A stretch of DNA of 63,474 nucleotides, counting the filler, from Platydemus manokwari (Eukaryota): the NCBI GenBank assembly GCA_037951405.1. It is 6 parts of 6 records of this genome, joined end to end, with 100 filler letters (N's around TTAATTAATTAA, not from the genome) between each part and the next. Parts side by side here need not be neighbours in the genome. Positions count along the whole stretch, not along the records: positions 39,626 to 53,701 come from JBBMOY011542521.1; positions 53,802 to 63,474 come from JBBMOY011220098.1; 4 more parts are not named here. One strand, written 5' to 3'. How positions within the stretch are numbered: position 1 is the first letter of the stretch; every line of letters starts with the position of its first letter. This document shows positions 44,349 to 56,656 of the stretch, piece by piece. The notes below the pieces were generated by a model. It saw only the letters and a program-made list of their open reading frames with translations. It did no database searches and had not been told where the DNA came from. Position numbers and translations under genes: made by a program.

Positions 44349-47300
44349 TTAATTGCCATAATACTGGCCATAATATTGAGAATAATCTCCGTATCCGGTA
44401 CTCCAGCTTGCTTGTGATTGACCAGCTGACCCGGGTTGAGGAGTTGGTAAAGATGTCACAGCTGGTGGTGGAATTGGTTTGGAACTATAATCGGAAAATT
44501 TCGAAATAGCAGCATTATCCATGTAATTTCCTGATTGAGCGTAAGTAGTATTTGTTTGTCCATAATAGCTCGAATTATAAGAACTAGTATTTTCATAAAT
44601 CGCATTATACGGGTTTGTATAATTGCTTCCACTTGTTGAATTTGATGATTGGTAGTTAGATTGATATCCACTAGCCCCACCAGCTGAATTCGTTGACTGA
44701 TAGCTCGATTGATATCCAGTACCACTTGTTGGATTTGAAGACTGATAATTAGGTTGATAACCAGTTCCTCCAGTAATATAATTAGATTGATATCCAGAAT
44801 TACCACCAGTAGTATTTGAGGATGAATAATTGGATGATTGGAATCCAGTACCACTTGTAGGGTTTGATGATTGGTAACCACTTCCACCGGCGGAATTTGT
44901 TGAAGGATGGGTGGATGTTTGGTAAGTTGATCCACTTGTTACATTTCCAGATGGAAACGTTGATTGGTATCCTGTTCTACTTGTTGAATTTATTGATGAA
45001 TAATTTGAAGATCCACCAACAGGTTGCTCTTTGCTTGAATCACCACCGGTATAATAATTATAATATCCTTGATTTTGATTATATTGCGAATTATCATAAG
45101 ATTGATAATTTTCATATGGGGTAGTATGCAACACACCAGCATAATCGCGAGACGAGCCATCTCCTTTATTATCGTATGTATTAGCTGGTTTCTGGCTCTC
45201 TCCAAATTTTGAATATCCGCCTCTATTTGGTTTTGCACTATTGTAAGACATTTCCGGCCTTGATTGTTCTTTGTAACCACCACTCATAGACGAATCCGGA
45301 TAGGGCTTATTGGGAAATTTGGACATAGGAGCATCGTAATTTTTATTCGAGCCATACGTATAATCGTCAATTTGAGGCATATCCATAGGTGGCCCCATAG
45401 ACCGACCTCCCCTATTATTTTGACCTCCTCTAATATTACCGGGTTTTCTATCATTATATTGATTCGACATTTTATCATTACTCTTTCCACGTGAAAGCGG
45501 AACGCCTATTGAACCTCGTGGTCCACTAAACTGTTGTTCGTAATTAACAGGAGGTTGGTTGCCTCTATTTGTATTATCAAAGCCTTGGTCTCCTCTTCTA
45601 GAATTTTCCATACCATCATTTTTAAAGTCTTGTTGCCAAGGCATATTTGTTTGTCGATTATCAGGATATGGATTGAATTCAGAATAGTTTTGATAATCTC
45701 TATTTTCAGGTGGGTTTCTGCGATCAACAAAAGGTTCTTTCCCGAAAGATGAGTTTTGATTTCCTATTGGGCCCCCACGCCCTCTTCCACGAAAATCATT
45801 TCTTTCGTTTATGTTTGGTGGAAATCTATTACCCCTATCCTGGTTACCATAGTTAGACATATTCATGCCACTTCTTTCATTGTAATTAGATTGAGGAAAC
45901 TTATTCCTTGTATCATTGTCATCATATGAATTACCGCCTGGGCGTCTGTCATTATAGCCACCTCTCGGTCTATCTCTGCCTTGGAATTGGTTACCACCTC
46001 TGGACTCAGAACCTCTATCGCGTGGTCTACTATCACGATTTCCCATCATTGGATTTCTGTTTCCAAATTTAGAATCATCTCTATCAAACTTTGGTCTTCT
46101 ATCGTTATTGTCACCTGTTTTTCGATATGGCATAGCATTCGATCTGTTTCCATATCGATCACCTCTTTGATCTATAAAAGTCATCAAAACAAAATTTTAC
46201 ATTGTAACTAATATTACCTCTTGATTTATCATTATGCCTATCATCGGATCTAAATCCCCCATCATTAAATCTATTTGAACCTTTACCAGAATCAGAGGCT
46301 TCTCTGGAAAAACAAAATCCTCCCCTATTAAATGTATAAAGAAATTAATAAAAAGTAATTTATTTTAATATAACATACTTATAATCATTTTTTCTGGGCA
46401 ATCTTTCCGGTGATGATCGTTCATATCGTTCTTTGCTTTTTGAATCTTTCCGATTTTCTATTTGATCATTCCATCTAGACTTTTTAGGTGCAGTAGGTTC
46501 ATTATCATCACCAGCCTTGGGGGAAGTGGACCATTTTCCATAACTTTCATCATCAGAGTCTGGTCTTGATTTAGAATCAGAATCTGCTTCCTTTTTATGA
46601 TTCTTAGCTTCTTCATTATATTTTTTTATCAATTCCTCAGCTTCGGGTCTTTGCAATTCGATGAAAATTATTTCATTAAATAGATCGCTGTTTTCTTCAG
46701 GAATCACGAAATTTTCTATAAGAATGACGATTGAAATTTAAGTCAAAGTTAAGATTAACAGTTTTAATCTATTTCTTGATTGGATAAAATTTCATAAAGA
46801 ATATGACAACTTAAAATAAGACAAAAGACGAATCTTCAAATCAATAAAAATAATCTCATTTCGAAATCTGGACATTCTAATTTCACAAAAGTAAAAAAAT
46901 TCCTATTGAAGCGTAATATGCTTTACTTACTTGATTGGAATTTCAAAGCTGATTAAATCGGAAACGAATGATAAAACGTGGAATGAATGTAAACGTAACG
47001 GCGGAGAGAAATTGAAATGTTCAATGAAAATACGTAGAAGGATACGAAAGGCAATTTAAAGATTTAGAAAGGAAACTTATGACAAGGCAAACCTTTCAAT
47101 TGAAGTACTGCACTCTCTGGTACATCTTTGCCCTCCTCCTGAATAACTTGATTCATGCGTCTTTGATATTCATCGTCAGTTGGCACAATAATAATTGCTT
47201 TTCGTATGAATTCTTCAAATGGCTTCATTCTACGGCGTTGAGCCGATGGATAAACATTTGTCTAAAGTGTGATCAAAATTGGTGAATAACACAAGTCTAT

Positions 47301-49526
47301 AAATGACTGCTTAAATTGTTTAAATTGAAAATTTTGTGTTTTTGCTTTGTTAAAAATCTGAAAGTCGAGAATTATCTCAATCTCCTAAAACAATTGCTCA
47401 TGTTTCTAAATATTAGAAAGCATTAGTTTTGACAAACGAAAATTGTTAACCCTTTGCGAGTTCATTTAAAGTGAAATAATATTTCATATTTAATTAACAC
47501 CTCTAAAATAACTGACAACATTTTCTAGTCTTCTATATTTTTCAGTAATGACCAAAACCAATCAAATCTCAACATATAGATTACAAAAATTAACAAAATA
47601 TATAATATAAAAAACCCGATCAGAAATGATAATAATCACGATTAATCATCATCATATATTTCATGTCATTAAAAACGTATAAAAATTCATAATAATTGAA
47701 ACAATCTCATTGGCTTATTTGATAAAATCTTTCCATCATAATCCAACATTGCTCGCAAAGGGCTAATAGGCAAAAATACATCTTAAACATTATTTTAATA
47801 ATACCAATTAACGACTATAAAATTTGGTTCTACAAAATCATTCTTGACAATATTGTTTAACCATTTCCTAAAATCTACAGAAATAATATTTATCTATTGT
47901 ATTGTTTGCTATTTTGTAAAGGATATTATTATGAATATTATTCACCATGTCCTACTAATGTCATTTTTATGTAAACTAAATACCAACCTGATCTAAAATG
48001 AAATTTCTTCTTCTTGACACAGCGATTTCCATAAGCTTATTGAGACAGTGAGTGGCATATGATATGAAGGAATCCCATCTAGTGCTGATTAGTTTTTTTC
48101 GTAGATTATTTACCTAACAAAATATTTGAATGGTATACTTAAAGAAATACGACGCACTTTCATTTTTTCTAATATAGTATTGACGCTCAGCACATTAAAT
48201 CTCTTTTCTGAATGTTCTTTGGTTTGCTTCTCAGTCCAATAAGTTTTTCCGCATCCAGGAAGACCACACATCATTAGTACCTCACATTCGCTTTTTGATT
48301 TTGGTGGTAAAAGAGCCCTTGTCCTTTGATTAAGATTGACTTTGCCTAGAAGAGTCCAAGTTAAATCTTCGATTGGTTGGGATTCATCTGTTTCGGTTTT
48401 TGGTGTAAAAATGGGTTCATTATCATTTTGTCCAAAATTGACCTCGAAAATTATATTTTTTGTATAAATATGCGGCATCAACATATGATCTTTTAATTCT
48501 CTGCTTAAAACATTGAAAGCTTCTCCTTGATTGACTCCGTTCACCGAGTAACGAATAACAAAACAATCTCCGTTGAATTCCTAGATATAATAGAATGTCT
48601 GAGTCTTTCATTTTAAAATTTCAACAAAATGCATTTAATAAATAATTTTCACAATATAAATTGGAAATAATTAACTAATATTTACCAAAAAGCATCCAAT
48701 GACATGTCCTTCGTCAAACTTAACTCCATAATCACTAAAATTTCCTTCGCTAACTTTTTTACCAATTCCATCATATCCAAAAGAAAGTGTGCCTTCACCT
48801 AGAGCAAGCATTTCATTATCAGTTGACCAGCCAATTCGAATAAAATTTGATTCACCAACATCATTACTTAAATCAACTTTTAATTTCTTAATAATTTTCA
48901 CTTCATAAAAAATTTTCCCGCTTTTAAAACCATAATTGCCTTTAACACCCGCACACATATATTCAAATCCATTTTCGTATAAAGGCGTACATTGATAACC
49001 ATTTTCATCAATAACTAAATTCATGTCACTATTATAGAAATCCAAATGAACATCATTTCGATTTTCCCAATTATCTAGCTCGCTAGAAGCCAAGTTTAAT
49101 AAATTTTCTTTTTTAGGCTCTGGTGTACTTGAAACATCGGGGGCGTGAGGCCTTTTCCTATCTTCCTTAGGTACAACTTTATCGTCAACATCCATAGGTA
49201 ACGGTGTTTCTACAGGTGTTTCGACGTTAATTTCATTATTGACATTACTTTGATCAAGCTGAATTGGGACACTCAACTCTTCTTTAGTGTCAACCGTCAC
49301 GGGCTCATTCGGGACAGTTGTAATAGGTTTAACTTCCGGTTTACCTAAATTAAAACTTAATTAATACACAAAGTAATTATATACTCAAACTTTTGATCGA
49401 TTGCTCCCTATCATATTTATTAAGTCTTTCAACTAAATGGACCTTTAAACCACTTGTATCTAAGCCTCGATTTTTGCATTCATCTCTCAATTCAGAAACT
49501 TTTAATTCTACATAATTCTTAAACAT
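44349..49526 (-). CDS. HNRNPUL1: hnRNP U / hnRNP U-like 1 family protein, 8 exons (49526-49391, 49344-48686, 48580-48158, 48113-47988, 47261-47093, 46715-46379, 46303-46218, 46171-44349), about 1252 aa
   Basis: SAP domain ([28 protein letters not shown]), SPRY domain ([26 protein letters not shown]), P-loop ([32 protein letters not shown]), then an RGG-rich and S/Y/G/Q/N low-complexity tail. GT-AG junctions are phase-compatible and total 3759 nt. The exon 1 donor could be 6 nt further on. Confidence 0.93.
47450..47762. mobile_element. 313-bp piggyBac-type MITE in an hnRNPU-like intron
   Basis: Perfect 11-bp terminal inverted repeat CCCTTTGCGAG...CTCGCAAAGGG, flanked by TTAA (47446-47449) and CTAA (47763-47766). 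The interior is non-coding. Confidence 0.75.
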
Positions 49527-50339
49527 TTTTTGTTTACTATTATTAGTAAAGAAATTTAAACAAAAATACCCTGTTTCAAACAAAAAACCTTACTAAGTAC
49601 TAATTATTAAATAAATAACAACTTGAAATTTTCTGAATAGAATATGTATATTAAATTTTCTAAATAAATTTACAATGTACATATTTATTATTTAATGAAA
49701 ATTATCAATTTCTGATTATCAGTGATGATTGTAAATGAATACGAATTATTAATTAGAAACAACTGAATATTTAAATTTAACATTTTTTATTCAATTAATT
49801 TATTTGAATTTAATTTGATTCTAGTCAACTTTTCATTATTTTCAAATACCTTATATGGTAGTTTTGTAAGTTAAAGTCACTAAATTTATAAAATCCATAA
49901 TTTATTTTTTATCAAAAATTATAATTATGGAATCTTTCTTTAAATTGAAGTATTTAAAGTTAACATAAATAACGTAATGAATCGAATTCATATTTTGAAA
50001 TACCTTTTTTAGAACTTGTGCTTTGTTATAAATATGTAATAAATATTATGTTATTGACTTAAAACAGTTTATCGTAGAGTTTAAAAATCTTCTTTGCTCA
50101 AAAATTTGAAAACATTATCTTGTATAACAGTGTCTTTCATAAAGAATTACAGGTTTTTGTTATGATAAATTAATACTTTTTCTTGACAGTCTTGTAGCTT
50201 GACTATTTATCCTGTATGTCCTGATTTGTGTTTTATTTGTATCAGTGTATAACACATCTTTGTACATTACTTTGCTTTTATCTGGATTATTTCTATTTAT
50301 TTTTAAAGAATGCTCTTTTCTTAAATAATTTTGCAGTCT

Positions 50340-51200
50340 AATTACTGTCTTTATCTAATCCTTTAGTATACACTCTTGTGTGCAATCGCTAGTGTATATG
50401 TTTAGGTTGTCGTTTTCTCCTTGTTTTCTAAAGTCTGCTTTGAAATCCTTTTGGTTAGCTTGTAATATATCTTTGTTGGCCTAGCCTTTATTTTGAATGT
50501 CACTACTAGAGAGTATTTGTATAGAAATCTAAGTAGCCTGTCTGTTTGTTCAATATTTTCTAAATTACCTGTGTTTCTTAAGTAGTGATTATTTGTTTCT
50601 TGATTGCACATAAATCTTTCACATGATGAATGTATTTATTGCATATATCACTTAGCGCGCTGTTTTCTATTTTTCTACAAAGTCTACACCTAATACAATG
50701 GTATCATTAGAAAAAAACGATGGTGGTAAATTAATTAATATTTCTGTTCTCTTTGTTGTTCAAATACTATTGACGATATTTTCTGTAACCGTTTCCAGAA
50801 TTATGTGCTTGTCTACATTCGCTTTTGCTTGACTTTTTCCAAGTGCTATTTCATATCCATTTTCGCTGAACCATTGTTGCATTAATCAAAGCGAATTGCA
50901 TTGATTTTCTTGAAAGCATTCCTCTTCTCATAGTTGTATGGTCATGCATTTCTTGAATAGTTTTATTATATCTTTGTATCCATTATTGATCTAATTGAAA
51001 TGTGAAACAATTAGCCTGTCATTAATTTTTCTACATCTCTAACTTCAATCGTCTTTTTATTACCATCTAGGATATTGGGCAACCTTTTAAGAAGTATAAT
51101 ATGCAGATAATTTGCTCATGTTATTCAATGAATTAGATAAAATCTTCTTTTTCCATGTTTTTCTGCATGGGTCCTCCATCAATAAAAAAATTTGAAGTTT
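50340..51200 (-). mobile_element. Possible decayed LINE AP-endonuclease region
   Basis: Strongly purine-biased minus strand with remnants NLPP, DTIVLGVDF (compare IVxGGDFN) and HTRVY, in the order expected for APE. Many stops and frameshifts. Confidence 0.3.
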
Positions 51201-53600
51201 GTAGCCTTGTTTGTTGATAATTCTGAATATTACTATATTTTTTCATATATTTGTGATTCCACTTTTCGTGTATCAACGTGAAGAGGTTTGAATTTCTACT
51301 TAATTTTTTTGATTTCGCTTGTTAGTTCATTGATTGAGGGATCACTATGACTAATAATCCTAATGCACTCTCTATTTTTCTTCCAATTTTTCTGTTGGTT
51401 ATTAAATAGATCGAAGGATCGTGAATTGTAAGTATATCAGTATTGTTTTGAGAACTTTTGGTCTTTATTTGGTGAATTTGAAATTTTATCTCTATCTACT
51501 TGATGAGTGTCATTATTTCTTTGAATATTTTTTTATTCTTTAAGGTGTGTTTGTTTCATTAGGTGAATTCTTTTGTATTTTATTAGAATAAATTAGTAAA
51601 TTAAGCCTTGTGGATTTCATGCTTGAAACTAGAAATTGAAATTAAAGCAGAGCAGAGCCCAATAATTTAATTTAGTTTTATTTTTATAAGCACATAATTT
51701 TAAAAACCTTTATGATGAAATTTAATGAAACTAGAATTTAGCACATGCTCGATAGTATACTTTAAAGATTACTGTAATTAAAACATTGTTTTGCAATTTT
51801 TAACCGTATAGAAATGAGTGATCTTTTCCTTTATACGTTAATCGGTAACATTTTTCTCTAATAATTAATAGTAGAGGCCGATTTCTTAGATATTAACATT
51901 TATAAGCGAAAAAAAAGTAAAAAAAGAGAGATGGTTTTGTTTTTATAACATTGTCACATAAAATAATGATGTTTTCTGATGAAAGTTGGTTTGAGTTTTT
52001 GCAAAATACACTTTAAGTTTATAAATTTATTATATGGGTAAGAGTTTTAATCTGTCAAGCTTTGATTATAATTTTATAATAACGGCAACTGAGAAGATCT
52101 TGTAAGGCTTCGAAGGTAGTATGGAGACTGAATTGGGTAACAATAGATGTTACTCGCTGCTGAGTTCTTGGTATTGGTCATCAATAAATTTATTAAATCA
52201 CAAATGGCCTTGATTGGAAAATAATATGAAACATCATTACAACAGCAGATAAAAATTTATTGTTCAACTGTTAAAGACTTCTGAAATTATCTGACTATCA
52301 TCAAAATAAAGGTACAAAAAGAAAGTGGGAGAAGTCTATTATTTTCCACACGACTGCTCACATGGTAACAAAACACAATACTATTTTTACTCAAAAAAAT
52401 ATTCGATAAAAATAAAAAAGATAATGAAAAGATAATAACAAAACATACATATAAAATAGTTATTTCACAAGAGAATTATGTTGAGTAGATTACAAAAACA
52501 ACCGAGATATTTTCGGAAACCATGAAAGTAACCCTCAAATGGTTGATGTCGGGAGATTCAAAAAACACACATGCCAAGAGCCAATCATATTCGTCCCATA
52601 GAATCATCCATGTTTAGAATTTAATACTCAACTGGTCCATGCCAAAAAATAACAACAAACACCGAGATTCACCAATGGCACGAGAGATGTAAAATAAATT
52701 GCTAACATATCGATATATGAACGAATTTATCGAATAAAAGCGAAGCTCTAGTACATCAAGTGAACACACACACGATAAGCTTATAGAAGTGGTTAGATTT
52801 CAAAAGCCAGTTTTTTTGGTGGATAACTTTCATTCTGTATAATTTTTTCTTAATGTTTTTTGACAACAAATCTTCTATTATGTATTCAACTTTCAGGTTC
52901 TGATCTCATTTTGAGTGGTATCTATTGTTGGTTTATTGTGATTTACAATTTTATTTGGAACTAATTGATTTTGTAATTCATTGCGATTTAAATTAAATTT
53001 TTCAGCATTCAGTGTCAGTTAATAATCTAACAATAGTCAAATATCACGGAATAAGAGGGCTTCAAATGCGGCATAAATTAAGTCACAGTTAGTAGAGACG
53101 TTGTTTTTTTCTTATATGAAGATCAATCAAGTCATTGCACGGAATTCTGAATTACAGTTAACTGAAACTGATTTATTATGAAATTTATCACTCAGAGATC
53201 TTCCATTTATTTTCTTGATTTTTTTATACATGAATTGTGGATTGATGATTGGCTACATAAAATTAGAGATTTCATTTGGATTTTTCAATGACATGATATC
53301 GTACGATTTTTCAGTCAGATAAATTGAAATTAACTTTTCAGAGTTTTAGGATTAATAAGAATGATTTGGTCAAGATTTTAGGTGTATGATTGGAAGGTTT
53401 TTCAAAGATTGGTATATATATAGTTTAAATATAGTTTACCTGCTTGGACTCTGATTGTGGGATGATAATATTCGACTATATTGAATGGTGATCGATGTGT
53501 TTTGTAATATTGGCATCCGGCATCAATGTATTTGAATTAATTTTCATAATCTTTGATAATAATTTTTATTATCAGTTATGTGTTCTTATATTCGTATTAT

Positions 53601-53701
53601 TATTGGGTCTATAACTTAAAAACCGGAATTTTTTAGAACAATTGAGTGTTTATTAAAGAAAATCTTGTACAATTCTGTTATCCAAAGTAATGTCCATCGG
53701 A
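53601..53701 (+). mobile_element. Probable mariner-like terminus at contig end
   Basis: TATTGGGTCTATAACTTAAAAACCGGAATTTTT resembles mariner terminal inverted repeats. The contig breaks 100 nt later, as expected inside a repeat. The partner TIR is not visible. Confidence 0.35.
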
Positions 53702-53801
53702 NNNNNNNNNNNNNNNNNNNNNNNNNNNNNNNNNNNNNNNNNNNNTTAATTAATTAANNNNNNNNNNNNNNNNNNNNNNNNNNNNNNNNNNNNNNNNNNN
53801 N
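53702..53801. other. Artificial contig spacer
   Basis: Identical 100-nt spacer. Confidence 0.97.
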
Positions 53802-55044
53802 GAAATAATTTTAACAATTGTAAATAAATATTTTTAAAAAAATTCGAAAAGAAAATCAATAATATTTTATTTAAATCAAAATATAAAAATCAATATAATA
53901 CTCTAGAACTTTTTGTTTAAATAAATCCATTCAATAATGTGTGTGGGATAACAGTTAAAAGACCACACTGTTAACAATATCTATCAGTCTGTTATGATTG
54001 TTAAATTTGTCGTTATCTTTATCTTTCAGATATTGAATTCATTGTGATTTTGACATTTGCATCCTTGTATTTTGTTCCTTCGATTATGTGATTTTTGGGT
54101 GATCGACATATATTGTACTTGTGTAAAAATTTATATTTTGTGAATTAAATTCTTCTCTCATTCAACTTTAGTGTTTATATCAATAAATAAGTGCTCACAT
54201 TTAATGGATTTACATGATTCTCGTCCATATGAAATTTTGAAATCGTCGATATTAAAATCAAAGAATTTTGAATATGTTTTCGGAAAATAATCACAATCAT
54301 ACTAAATATCACATTTTAAAACTCATTCCAACATACTTTACCAAATGGAAAAGAATGTCGTAATATTATCATTTTCAAACATTATATGTACCTTGCATTT
54401 TGGCACTATTTTAAAAAGTTCTGCAAAAAATTGGATTGTTTGCAGAAATTATTGGAGTTATTAATTTTATCGATGTTCTGTATTCATGCCAACAGATATT
54501 ATTCGAAAGAACTGATCGAGAACATTATAAAATATAAAATATCTATCCCTGATTGGTAATTTATAAGATTATTTAAAATGATTTAGCGAACGTGATGTGT
54601 AGGACTAAATTTTGGTAAAATTTAGAAGTCGGTAAGAATGGGACACTGCATAAACCTTTATTAGGATAAGATCAAGCAATGCTTTAAATTATACAACTAC
54701 TTTTCGATATAAAAGCACATTTGAAACACTGGCATAATCGAATATTATTATTTATTTTATTATTCGATCCATTGAATCATTGTTTGTATTGCACCATAGC
54801 ACCATATTTTTTATAAAATGTATTGCTTGTATCAGAAGCTTTTATTGTAGAATAACACATTGTCTTGTCGATATTATTGGATTTTTAAGAGAAGTTTCTA
54901 CTTGTATAAAATGTATCAAGACTTTGCAATATAATGGATTTTCTAGGTTCGACATTCTATATGGCATTAATAACTGGACAGGATCTAGAAGCAATTCTAT
55001 TAGTGAATAATCTATTCTCAAAATAATTATTTCATTGTATTGAT

Positions 55045-55243
55045 TCCAAAAGAATTATTTCTGGTATAAAATTTCAAATCTTGTCTCTATTTTGGCGATA
55101 GCTAGTCCCAGTACTAATTCCAGATCTTTAAAATTCAATCGATATTTCATCTTAATATAATTCAGTGTCGAAAATGAATTTTCTCGCGACTCCTCCACGC
55201 CTTTGAAGAACACTAGTGCGGATAACGACATGTAGATATTCAA
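55045..55243 (-). mobile_element. hAT (Charlie/Buster-type) transposase C-terminal relic
   Basis: ENSFSTLNYIKMKYRLNFKDLELVLGLAIAKIETRFEILYQK matches the hAT dimerisation-end pattern CExxFSxLxxIKTKYRxxLxxxxxLRxAxSxIxPRxxxL. Confidence 0.6.
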
Positions 55244-55771
55244 AATATTTTTACGTTATTCGATTTGAAAGCCGGATTTAAAGTTTAATTTTAAAAAGAC
55301 CCATTCGAAATTACTTGCCACATTGAATTATTAACGGTTGTAAATCGATTTTTGGGAAGTTTGAGAAACCAAGGTTTAATTCTGGTTTAAATGAAAAATA
55401 TAGCGCTACACAATCAATTCCTGAATAAGATTTTTTTATTTAAAGCTAGATGGCATAGGTCTAAATGTGACCCATTGCAATATTTTCGCTGGGCTTTAAT
55501 GAGCCATGATAGTATACAATTTATTCAAAGCATTAATAACAATACCATGGGATCATGGTTCGATACGATCATTTCAATGGATAAGAAAATTTATTCTGCC
55601 GCTCGTAAATGAAATCAATATTTTTCCCTTTCCCATTTGAGATTCACAAATAATTTTTTCAATCAAACTTCATTTTCATATATAAATACTTATAGAAAAT
55701 TGTATGGGAATTATTTTATTGATTATTCATTTAACATGAAAAAATCGAAACAGCTGTTAATATTCAGAACC

Positions 55772-55795
55772 TATATATATATATATATATATATA
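55772..55795. repeat. (TA)n microsatellite
   Basis: About 12 TA units. Confidence 0.9.
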
Positions 55796-56169
55796 ATGAG
55801 TTATTAGGATTCATAAATTTAAAATATTATCAGCGATTGCGTGTTGACTGGTAATGATCGTTCAAACGAATAAGTGGTGCGATAAACAGGAAATTAGCTA
55901 GAAATTAGCTAGTTTATCAGAAAATAAATAAAATTCTCACCATCCAATTTTTCAGTGTTTTCATTGGCTGAAATGATGCATGATTGAAAGTGTTAATCTG
56001 TGTACAAAGTTAAATGAAAATTTATCTACGATTTTTAAAATTGAAAAAAAAATTGTATTCAGGATCTGTCTACATAAAATCAAATTTATTCTTACTGCTT
56101 ATTTCGTAAAATTTTATTATTTATCTTTCTCACACACACAACACACAAACATGAAAATTTTGTGTATGT

Positions 56170-56183
56170 GTTTCTATGGAAAC
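56170..56183. promoter_or_regulatory. RFX X-box consensus match
   Basis: GTTTCTATGGAAAC fits GTHNYYATRRNAAC exactly. Function is untested. Confidence 0.35.
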
Positions 56184-56321
56184 AGCTCATCAAAACATTT
56201 GATTAAGAATTTTGAAATCTTTCAAAATCAGAATTGAAAATTTAATTTTAACGAATTTTTTCGAAAATTATTTGAAATTATCAAGATATGTTTATTTTTT
56301 AAAAAAATAATCCTTAAGTAC

Positions 56322-56656
56322 CATATCCAGGATGGAGCTCCACGGATTGAAATTTCGAAGCCATTTGAAGAGCTTTTTCTGCATCGTAGGGAGTAACAAA
56401 TGTAACAATGGCCCATCTGGTTGGACTGGGCCCGGCGGCAGATTCGAGAACAATACTTCGAATATTGTAGCTTCGATTTTGACTGGTTTTATTTTTAATA
56501 CCAAATTGCTGTATGAGACTGTGCCGTATACTGGATTCTGAACATTGCAAAGACAAACGACTGACCTTGATCCCTCTCGGACCTTGAGAATGTCCCAAAG
56601 GAGAGAGAACGTGCTTGTTGTTATTTCGATCTATTGAAATCTTAAATGACTGATCT
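56322..56656 (-). CDS. Single internal exon encoding an RRM resembling Spen/SHARP-family RRMs (partial gene)
   Basis: GC-richer open frame flanked by TTTAG and GTACTT. It encodes GIKVSRLSLQCSESSIRHSLIQQF...RWAIVTFVTPYDAEKALQMAS, which resembles the Spen RRM pattern GIKVxxLxxxxxxxSLxxxLxxxF...xxVxFxxxxDxEKAL as recalled, not searched. Other exons were not identified. Confidence 0.6.

Noticed and set aside
44456-46211. Many small ORFs overlapping the last hnRNPU-like exon
   Set aside because: Off-frame shadows of low-complexity coding sequence.
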